Shown here piece by piece: positions 21,146 through 28,726 of a stretch of DNA of 64,000 bases. The stretch is taken from NCBI GenBank assembly GCA_041937175.2, contig CP166615.1:2304001-2368000 (forward strand), written 5' to 3'. The notes beneath the pieces were generated by a model that made no database searches, was not told the origin of the DNA, and saw nothing but the letters and a program-made list of their open reading frames with translations. Position 1 is the first letter of the stretch; the number at the start of each line of letters is the position of its first letter. Position numbers and translations under genes: made by a program. This stretch comes from Limnothrix sp. BL-A-16. GTDB taxonomy: Bacteria; Cyanobacteriota; Cyanobacteriia; CACIAM-69d.

Positions 21146-23086
21146 CTAGGATTCGGCTAGCTCCGATAATTCAAGCCAACGTTCAGTGCCCTGATCAATT
21201 TGGTGACTGAGATCCGCCAGCTTTTGCGATAATTTCTCGACCTCGCTATAGCCGCTAGGGGGATTTTCATAGAGGCGCTTTTCAATCGTCGCTTTCTCCT
21301 CTTCCCACTGGGGCAAATGGGTTTCCAGGTGCTCAAGTTCCCGCTTTTCCTTGTAGGACAATTTGCGCGATCGCCCCTTAGATGAATTGCCTTGATCCGG
21401 CTCCGTCTTAGTTGCAGCCTCAGCCTTCTTCTCAGCCGATCGCCCGTTTTTCTCCGGAGCCTCACTCGCCACATCGGGCGATCGCAAATCCAAATAAACC
21501 GAATAGTTACCGGGATATTGGCGAATCTGGCCGGCTTGCTCAAAGGCGAAGATTTTCTCCACCGTGCGATCGAGAAAATAGCGATCGTGCGACACCACAA
21601 TCACACAGCCGTTGAATTCTTCTAGATATTCCTCCAACACCGCTAAGGTCTGCACATCTACATCGTTGGTCGGCTCGTCCAAAATCAACACATTCGGCGC
21701 TTCGAGCAACACCTTCAGCAGAAATAAGCGCCGCCGTTCGCCCCCCGAAAGTTTGTTGAGAGGCGCATATTGTTGATCAGGTGGAAACAGGAACCGTTCC
21801 AACATTTGGGCCGCCGTGATGATTTGTCCATCGGCGGTTTTCACCAGTTCCGCCGTTTCCTTCAGATAATTCAACACCCGTATTTCGCCCTTATCGGACA
21901 AATCATCCGAGTGCTGATCAAAATAGCCAATCTGAATCGTGCTGCCCCGATCGACCTGGCCCGCCGTCGGTTCCAACTTGCCCATGATCAGGTTCATCAG
22001 GGTTGATTTACCCACGCCGTTACCACCGATGATTCCCACCCGATCGTCCGGTAGAAATTGGTAGGTAAAATCGCGAATCAGCACCCGATCGCCCACTTGA
22101 TAAGTCAAATTCTCTAGCTCGATCACCTTCTTGCCAATCCGCCGGCCCGCCGTGGCAATTTCTACCTTGCCTTGGTTGGCTTTGAACTCCGTTTCGCGCA
22201 TGTCCTGGATCCGATCGATCCGGGCTTTCTGCTTCGTGCTCCGCGCCTTTGGCCCCTTCTTCAACCATTCCAATTCTCGCCGCAACACCCCTTGAAACTT
22301 GCGCTGGCGGCTATTTTCAGCGGTTTCCGCCTCGGCTTTTTTCTCCAGGTAATAGCCATAGTTGCCCGCATAGCTAAACAGATCGCCGCGATCGAGTTCC
22401 AAGATCCGATTGGTCACCCGATCGAGAAAATAGCGATCGTGCGTCACCAACAACAACGCCCCGCGAAATTGTTGGCGTAAATAGTCTTGCAACCAGTTCA
22501 CCGAATCCGCATCCAAGTGGTTGGTTGGCTCATCCATTAACAACAAATCCGGCTGGGCCAACAGCGCCGCTGCCAGCGCAATTCGCTTGCGATAGCCCCC
22601 GGAAAGTGTCCCCACCTTCGCTTCAAAATCCTCAATTCCTAACTGGGACAGCACAATTTTCGCCTGGGTTTCCAGTTCCCAAGCGCCCGCCGCTGCCATC
22701 TTGTCGCCCAAGCTAGCCAACTGAGCCATCAACCGATCGAACTCGGGCCCCGTGGTGTGGCCCAGCCGGTGGGATAGATCCTCGTATTCCCGCACCAGGG
22801 CCATTTGCTCGCCACTGTCGGCAAACACCTGCTCCAGCACCGTGCGATCGGGGTCGAGCGGCGGATCTTGGGGCAAATAGACCAATCGATAGTTAGGGTT
22901 CACCAGCCGATCGCCCCGGTCGATCGGCTCCAGCCCCGCCAGCATCTTCAGCAGCGTGGACTTGCCCGAACCATTGGTGCCAATCAAGCCAATTTTGTCC
23001 GTTGGCTCGATGCTAAAGGTTCCATCCCGCAGAATTTCTTTGATTCCAAAATCCTTGTGGGCATTCTTCAGAGACAGCAGACTCAT
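21146..23086 (-). CDS. ABC-F family ATPase (Uup-like)
   Basis: Two ABC cassettes (GTNGSGKS, GGNGVGKS, LSGG, DEPTN), no TM helices, C-terminal KLSYKEKREL coiled coil. Confidence 0.93.
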   Translation of the reverse strand: MSLLSLKNAHKDFGIKEILRDGTFSIEPTDKIGLIGTNGSGKSTLLKMLAGLEPIDRGDRLVNPNYRLVYLPQDPPLDPDRTVLEQVFADSGEQMALVREYEDLSHRLGHTTGPEFDRLMAQLASLGDKMAAAGAWELETQAKIVLSQLGIEDFEAKVGTLSGGYRKRIALAAALLAQPDLLLMDEPTNHLDADSVNWLQDYLRQQFRGALLLVTHDRYFLDRVTNRILELDRGDLFSYAGNYGYYLEKKAEAETAENSRQRKFQGVLRRELEWLKKGPKARSTKQKARIDRIQDMRETEFKANQGKVEIATAGRRIGKKVIELENLTYQVGDRVLIRDFTYQFLPDDRVGIIGGNGVGKSTLMNLIMGKLEPTAGQVDRGSTIQIGYFDQHSDDLSDKGEIRVLNYLKETAELVKTADGQIITAAQMLERFLFPPDQQYAPLNKLSGGERRRLFLLKVLLEAPNVLILDEPTNDVDVQTLAVLEEYLEEFNGCVIVVSHDRYFLDRTVEKIFAFEQAGQIRQYPGNYSVYLDLRSPDVASEAPEKNGRSAEKKAEAATKTEPDQGNSSKGRSRKLSYKEKRELEHLETHLPQWEEEKATIEKRLYENPPSGYSEVEKLSQKLADLSHQIDQGTERWLELSELAES

Positions 23087-23194
23087 GCGATCGGGCAGGG
23101 GCTAAACACTACTGTCTATGATTCCACGGCCCGCCCCGATCTCCCCCGTTACCTTTGCTACGATCGACCTGTTTCCCAAACACCGACTAGCCCC

Positions 23195-23617
23195 ATGACC
23201 GCCGCCCTCAGCCCCGCCGATCGCCACAATTACCAAACCCTGCTGGCCGACTATGGCCCCGGTCTGCGGGCGATCGATGCCCTTGATCAACACGATGGCG
23301 ACCTGATCAGCGCCGTCGAAACCCTGTGGAATCAGTCAGAAACTCCCAGCACTTTTGGCAAGGGTCAAAAACTGTGGGAAACCCTGTTAAAAGTCTTGCG
23401 CAAGGAACTCTGTGGCAACGAAGGGGTGCGCGCCCAGTTTCAGGAATACACCAAAAATCCCGGCAGTGCGCCCCTGTTGACGGGCTTGATTGTGTCAGTC
23501 ACCACGGCGGCGGGTTTACCGATCGACCCAGCGATTTCCACAATTGTGGTGTTGTATTTGCTCAAAATCGGTCTGAATGTGTTTTGTGAATACACCGAAC
23601 CCAAACCAGAATCATGA
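23195..23617 (+). CDS. Cyanobacterial hypothetical protein (140 aa) with C-terminal hydrophobic hairpin
   Basis: 3' part of ORF 22805-23617 not overlapping the ABC-F gene; ATG at 23195; stop overlaps the next start (ATGA). Confidence 0.78.
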   Translation: MTAALSPADRHNYQTLLADYGPGLRAIDALDQHDGDLISAVETLWNQSETPSTFGKGQKLWETLLKVLRKELCGNEGVRAQFQEYTKNPGSAPLLTGLIVSVTTAAGLPIDPAISTIVVLYLLKIGLNVFCEYTEPKPES

Positions 23618-23973
23618 TCAGTCCATTACTCATCACTGATTCCATCACCCCCGCAACCTGGGAATTGCGATCGCGCCTGATCTGTCATCGTGAGCAAATC
23701 CAGGCGATCGCCGCTGACTACGGCATTAGTCACATGCGCATTTTCGGTTCCGTGGCCCGAGGAGAAGCAACCGCCGAAAGTGATATCGATTTTTTGGTGG
23801 AGATGGAACCCGATCGCAGTTTGCTCGATCGAATTGGCTGCATTCAGGATCTATCGGACTTGTTAAATTGCCCGATTGATGTTGTCACTCTCAAAAATAT
23901 CCGTGAGGAATGGCGCGATCGCATTCAACACGAGGCAATTTCACTGTGTGAAGTCCAACACGATCAAATTTGA
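23614..23973 (+). CDS. Minimal nucleotidyltransferase (MNT/MntA-like antitoxin family)
   Basis: IFGSVARGEATAESDIDFLV (GSx10DxD), L..LL...IDVV, EAI near the C-terminus. Confidence 0.9.
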   Translation: MISPLLITDSITPATWELRSRLICHREQIQAIAADYGISHMRIFGSVARGEATAESDIDFLVEMEPDRSLLDRIGCIQDLSDLLNCPIDVVTLKNIREEWRDRIQHEAISLCEVQHDQI

Positions 23974-23984
23974 TTTTGCTGGGG

Positions 23985-24350
23985 TTAATCGATCGCGTAG
24001 CCTGTATATTGTCGAACGGTGGGAGCATGGAAAGCGAGAACAATGTGATCTTTCGGAACTCCCAACTCTGTTAACTCATTGGCAATTCCACCTTCAATGC
24101 CATCATAGTGAATCCAGATTTTTTGGTTCCGAATTTCGGCATGAACTAGGCAACCATGCACTCTCTGATTCTCTTCCCAACCTTCTTGCATGAGCAGGAA
24201 ATGATTGCAATCTTGGCTCACCACTAAGTAGGTCACTACATTTCCATAGCGATAGGGCAACTTGGCATAGTCACCGAGAATTTTCTCTAGGAGCGATCGC
24301 CACTGGTTTAGGTTTTGTCCTTCTTGAGTGTCGAATGCTTCCATACTCAT
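23985..24350 (-). CDS. xisI: XisI-family protein
   Basis: GW...RVHGCLVH.EI...KIWIHYDGIEGGIANEL..LGVPKDHIVLAFH.P..RQYTGYA. Confidence 0.92.
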   Translation of the reverse strand: MSMEAFDTQEGQNLNQWRSLLEKILGDYAKLPYRYGNVVTYLVVSQDCNHFLLMQEGWEENQRVHGCLVHAEIRNQKIWIHYDGIEGGIANELTELGVPKDHIVLAFHAPTVRQYTGYAID

Positions 24351-24375
24351 GATTTGATAATAGTTCGGTAGTCCA

Positions 24376-24490
24376 GTAGGTTGGGTTGAGCCTCGCGAAA
24401 CCCAACGCAAGATCTGGGCTATGCGATCAATTACTTTCAAAACATAGCGTATTGATCGTGTTGGGTTTCGCACGGCTCAACCCAACCTAC
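24376..24490. repeat. GTAG-type REP doublet (REPIN-like long inverted repeat)
   Basis: GTAGGTTGGGTTGAGCC..GCGAAACCCAAC (24376-24406) inverted at 24460-24490, ending CCTAC. Confidence 0.8.
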
Positions 24491-24600
24491 TGCTCTCAGT
24501 TAACGGTAGCTTCTGCGATCGCTGGTGGTTGATTTCGACATCCCGATCGCCTTGGTGAGGTTGTTAGGATGGGGCGAGTGATGAACCGATCGCTCCACCT

Positions 24601-27600
24601 ATGCCGACCATTCAGATTCGCGAAGTTGCTGCCGTTGTCGATGGGTTCACTGCTGAGGTGACGATCGCCCAGGATCTCAACACGAGCCGCGCCTATCCCG
24701 TCACGTTGCGGAATCCGTTTCAGCACAACGAAGAAGCGGATCTGGAATTCTTCTTTGAAGAGTGGTATCAGTTCCCGACGCTCGATCGGGAGCGGGCCGA
24801 TCGCGCCCGCCTGGCGATCGCTCAATATGGCCAAGAGCTGTTCGAGCAACTGTTGAAGGCGAATTCCGATGCCTACGCGGACTATCGGGACTTGCGGCGA
24901 TCGCAGGCCTTTGAGCGGGGCACGGTGCTGATCGAAATCATCGGCTCGCCGGAGTTTCAGGGGTGGCATTGGGAAGCCCTGCGCGATCCCGATTTGCCGG
25001 AACCGCTGTCACTGATGACCCCGATCGTCCGGCGCGACCCCCGGCGATCGGTTGCCAATCCGGCGCGGGTTGAGCCGTCTGGCTGGCTGAATTTGTTGGT
25101 GGTGACGGCGCGGCCCGGTTGGAGCCAGGATGTGAACTACCGGACGATTTCCCGGCCGTTGGTGGAGGCGATCGCCAATGCTCAGTTGCCCGTGAAGGTG
25201 GAGCTATTGCGGCCCGGCACTTGGGAAGCGCTCGATCGCCACCTGCAAGATGTCGGGCCGGGGTTCTATCACGCGGTGCATTTCGATTTGCATGGGTCGG
25301 TGCTGACTTACAAAGAAGCTAGCAAACTGCTCGATCGCCCCGCCCAAGCCAGCGGCCAAACCTTTCGGCGCGGTTATGGTTTGGGGGATTTGCCTGAATA
25401 TGACGGCTATCGGGCATTTCTGAGCTTTGAAGGAGAAGCGGCGGGCCAGTCAATTTTGGTGGAAGCGGCGGAGGTGGCAAATCTGCTGAAGACCCGGCAA
25501 ATTCCTCTTTGCATTTTGAATGCTTGCCAGTCTGCCAAGCAGATTAGCGGTGGCGAGGGGCCGGCGGCGGAAACCAGCCTGGGGGCCAAGCTGCTGGAGG
25601 CGGGGATGCAGGCGATCGTGGCCATGCGCTATTCGGTGATGGTGCGGGCGGCGGAACTGATGATGACGCGGTTCTATCAGGCGCTGTTTACCGAGCAGCC
25701 GGTGATGGAGGCGATTCGGTTGGGGCGGCGGGAGCTGTGGCAAACCAAAACCCGCCCCGGCCGGTTCAACATGCCGATCGAGCTGGAGGATTGGCTGTTG
25801 CCGGTGGTCTACAGTGGCGCGACGGTGAATTTGAATTTGCGGCCCCTGACGGCCGACGAAGAGGCGGCCCGGTGGACGGCGGAGGCCGATCGCGATCGCT
25901 TTGAGCCGCCGATCTATGGCTTTGTGGGACGGGACACGGACATTTTGGAGCTGGAGCGGCGGTTGTTGCAGCCCGATCGCAACGCTCTGTTGTTGCAGGG
26001 GATGGGCGGCACGGGCAAAACCACGCTGCTGCGCTATTTGCGCGACTGGTGGCAGCGGACGGGGCTGATTGAGCGATCGTTCTATTTTGGCTATGACGAG
26101 CGGGCCCACAACCTGGAGCAAATCGCCGCCAGCATTTTTCAGCAGCTTGATCCCGAGGGGTGGTTGCGGTTCCAGTCGTTCCCCTTGGCGGCGCGGTTGA
26201 CCAAGCTGACCCAACTGTTGCGATCGCGCCGCTATGCCTTGATTCTGGACAATTTGGAATCGGTGACGGCGGCGGCCCTGTCGATTCCCAACAGCCTGCC
26301 GGAGTCGGAGCAGCGGGCCTTGGCCCAATGGTTGCGCGGGTTGGTGGGGGGCAAAACCCTGATTTTGTTGGGGTCGCGGGGGGCGGAATCCTGGCTGGAG
26401 CCGGTCTATGGAGCCAATCGGCTGGGGTTGCGGGGGTTGGATCGGGATGCCCGCACGGAGCTGGCCCAAAAAATTCTGGAGCGACAGGTGGGCGACTCGC
26501 GCCGCATCGCTCAGATCAAGGATGATCCGGCCTTTGGGCAGTTGATGAAGCTGTTGGATGGCTATCCATTGGCGATGGAGGTGGTGTTGGGGAATCTGAA
26601 GCGCCAAACCCCCAGCGAAATTGTGGCGGGGCTGGCGGCGGCGGATGTGAATCTGGACAATCCGCAGGCCCAGGGCGACAAAACCCAAAGCATCATTGCT
26701 TGCATTGACTATTCCCACGGGGCGCTGTCGGCAGCGGCCCAGCAGGCATTGCTCTGTTTGGCTCCCTTCAGTGGGTTTATTAATTGCGATGGCAATTGCT
26801 TGGAACAGTATGCGGCGCGGTTGGCGGAGCAGCCGGCCTTAGCGGCTTGGTTGGGGGATTCGGGGGCAGAAATTTTGGCGGCGGCGGTGCAGGAGGCGGT
26901 GGATTGGGGGCTGTTGTCGCCGATTTCGCCGGAAGTACCGATCTTACTGACCATTCAGCCGACGTTGCCCTATTTCCTGAAGCTGAAGTTAGCGGAACGG
27001 GACAAAGAAACCCAAGCGGCGATTCGCAATGCCTTTAAGCAGCACTACATCGGCTTGGCGAATTACTACAACAATCGATTGCTGAAATCAAAGGAGCCAG
27101 ATCAGCGGCAATTGGGGATCTTTTTTGTGCGGCAGGAGTATGAAAATTGCTATGCAGCGCTGCAAATTTGCCTAGAGAAATTCGAGACGGCAGATATTTT
27201 CTTTTGCCTATTCCAATATTTGTACGTGACCCAAGATTGGCCGACTGCCAAGGCTTTGGCGGAACAAGTTCGGGCGGCCCATGCCCAATATCCTCCCGAA
27301 ATTCGTCAGGGCAAAATCGGCTTGGAAATTACGATGTCGCTCGATCGCCTGGCCTCTTGCCAATTGGAACTCAAGGACTATGCAGGCGCTCGGGCGGCTT
27401 ATTTGGAAGAACTCCAACAACTCGATCAACTACAAGGCGTTGACCGTCGCCAAATCTTAGCCAGCCAAGCCAGCACCTACCACCAGTTGGGAAGGGTTGC
27501 CCAGGGCTTGCGGGAGTATGCCGAAGCCCGCCGCTGCTACCAACAGGCCCTCGAAATCAAAATCGAGTTCGGCGAGTCTCCAGAGGAGAGGCTTCGCCAA

Positions 27601-28581
27601 CGCTACGAGCAAGCTGGCACCTACCACCAGTTGGGAATCGTTGCCCAGGAATTGCGGGAGTTTGCCGAAGCCCGCCGCTGCTACCAACAGGCCCTCGAAA
27701 TCAAAATCGAGTTCGGCGATCGCTACAGCCAAGCCAGCACCTATGGTCAGTTGGGAAGTGTGGCCCAGGAATTACGGGAGTTTGCCGAAGCCCGCCGCTG
27801 CTACCAACAGGCCCTCGAAATCAAAATCGAGTTCGGCGATCGCTACAGCCAAGCCAGCACCTACCACCAGTTGGGAATCGTCGCCCAGGAATTGCGGGAG
27901 TTTGCCGAAGCCCGCCGCTGCTACCAACAGGCCCTCGAAATCAAAATCGAGTTCGGCGATCGCTACAGCCAAGCCAGCACCTACCACCAGTTGGGAATCG
28001 TCGCCCAGGAATTGCGGGAGTTTGCCGAAGCCCGCCGCTGCTACCAACAGTCCCTCGAAATCAACATCGAGTTTGGCGATCGTTACGAGCAAGCTGACAC
28101 CTACCACCAGTTGGGAATCGTTGCCCAGGAATTGCGGGAGTTTGCCGAAGCCCGCCGCTGCTACCAACAGTCCCTCGAAATCAACATCGAGTTTGGCGAT
28201 CGTTACGAGCAAGCTGACACCTACCACCAGTTGGGAAATATTGCCTATCTACTGCGGGAGTTTGCCGCAGCCCGCCGCTGCTACCAACAGGCCCTCGAAA
28301 TCAACATCGAGTTCGGCGATTCCTATAGCCAAGCCAGCACATTCAATCAGCTAGGGTTGCTGTCTCAAGCAACGGAAAATTTCCCCAAAGCTCTCGATTA
28401 TTTCCTGCAAGCGCTGCAAATTTTTGCCCAATTTGAAGACACCCACCACGCCCAAGTTGTCCTCAGAAACATCGCCAACCTTTACCAACAAACCCAAGAC
28501 CCCAACATCCTCACCGCCGCCGCCGAAATCCTCGGTTGCACCCCCGACGACCTCGCCACCGCCTTCACCCAACAGCCGTAG
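24601..28581 (+). CDS. NLR-like protein: CHAT (caspase-like) protease, STAND/NB-ARC-like NTPase and TPR repeats
   Basis: CHAT dyad VHFDLHG and ILNACQS; Walker A GMGGTGKT; Walker B LILDNLE; GYPLAM; 40-aa TPR array. Confidence 0.92.
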   Translation: MPTIQIREVAAVVDGFTAEVTIAQDLNTSRAYPVTLRNPFQHNEEADLEFFFEEWYQFPTLDRERADRARLAIAQYGQELFEQLLKANSDAYADYRDLRRSQAFERGTVLIEIIGSPEFQGWHWEALRDPDLPEPLSLMTPIVRRDPRRSVANPARVEPSGWLNLLVVTARPGWSQDVNYRTISRPLVEAIANAQLPVKVELLRPGTWEALDRHLQDVGPGFYHAVHFDLHGSVLTYKEASKLLDRPAQASGQTFRRGYGLGDLPEYDGYRAFLSFEGEAAGQSILVEAAEVANLLKTRQIPLCILNACQSAKQISGGEGPAAETSLGAKLLEAGMQAIVAMRYSVMVRAAELMMTRFYQALFTEQPVMEAIRLGRRELWQTKTRPGRFNMPIELEDWLLPVVYSGATVNLNLRPLTADEEAARWTAEADRDRFEPPIYGFVGRDTDILELERRLLQPDRNALLLQGMGGTGKTTLLRYLRDWWQRTGLIERSFYFGYDERAHNLEQIAASIFQQLDPEGWLRFQSFPLAARLTKLTQLLRSRRYALILDNLESVTAAALSIPNSLPESEQRALAQWLRGLVGGKTLILLGSRGAESWLEPVYGANRLGLRGLDRDARTELAQKILERQVGDSRRIAQIKDDPAFGQLMKLLDGYPLAMEVVLGNLKRQTPSEIVAGLAAADVNLDNPQAQGDKTQSIIACIDYSHGALSAAAQQALLCLAPFSGFINCDGNCLEQYAARLAEQPALAAWLGDSGAEILAAAVQEAVDWGLLSPISPEVPILLTIQPTLPYFLKLKLAERDKETQAAIRNAFKQHYIGLANYYNNRLLKSKEPDQRQLGIFFVRQEYENCYAALQICLEKFETADIFFCLFQYLYVTQDWPTAKALAEQVRAAHAQYPPEIRQGKIGLEITMSLDRLASCQLELKDYAGARAAYLEELQQLDQLQGVDRRQILASQASTYHQLGRVAQGLREYAEARRCYQQALEIKIEFGESPEERLRQRYEQAGTYHQLGIVAQELREFAEARRCYQQALEIKIEFGDRYSQASTYGQLGSVAQELREFAEARRCYQQALEIKIEFGDRYSQASTYHQLGIVAQELREFAEARRCYQQALEIKIEFGDRYSQASTYHQLGIVAQELREFAEARRCYQQSLEINIEFGDRYEQADTYHQLGIVAQELREFAEARRCYQQSLEINIEFGDRYEQADTYHQLGNIAYLLREFAAARRCYQQALEINIEFGDSYSQASTFNQLGLLSQATENFPKALDYFLQALQIFAQFEDTHHAQVVLRNIANLYQQTQDPNILTAAAEILGCTPDDLATAFTQQP
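27466..28350 (+). repeat. Intragenic tandem array of 120-bp TPR-coding units (7 full plus 1 partial)
   Basis: Units start at 27466, 27610, 27730, 27850, 27970, 28090, 28210 and 28330; the first is 144 bp because of a 24-nt insert. Confidence 0.97.
27575..27598. mobile_element. 24-nt SDR-like mini-insertion at a HIP1 position
   Basis: GCG-AGTCTCCAGAGGAGAGGCTTCGCC-AACGC stands where sister repeats have GCG-ATCGC; internal TCTCC/GGAGA hairpin. Confidence 0.7.
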
Positions 28582-28638
28582 GGTGCATGGGAGAACACTT
28601 GGCCATTAACAATCCTTTCCCTACACCTCCCATGCACC
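28578..28638. repeat. GTAG-type REP-like palindrome
   Basis: GTAG-GGTGCATGGGAG...CTCCCATGCACC; partial third arm GGTGCGTGGGAG near 28694. Confidence 0.6.
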
Positions 28639-28726
28639 GCAATCGATCGCGCAAAAACAACAATCCTCGATCGATTGAATAACCACAACCCTCGGTGCGT
28701 GGGAGAGCAAATCAACCTTATGGCAA

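Noticed and set aside
22805..23194. N-terminal extension of the 270-aa ORF
   Set aside because: Overlaps the ABC-F gene in antisense; the plausible start is ATG 23195
23876..24193. Possible HEPN toxin downstream of the MNT
   Set aside because: No DUF86-like Rx4HxY context, and it lies mostly antisense to xisI
25450..26718. 422-aa minus-strand ORF (and the repeat-derived ORFs at 27497-28354 and 27772-28227)
   Set aside because: Shadow or alternative frames of the GC-rich CHAT-STAND-TPR gene
27466..28350. CRISPR array or DGR template/variable repeat
   Set aside because: These are in-frame TPR-coding repeats; substitutions are not restricted to adenines and no reverse transcriptase gene is in the window
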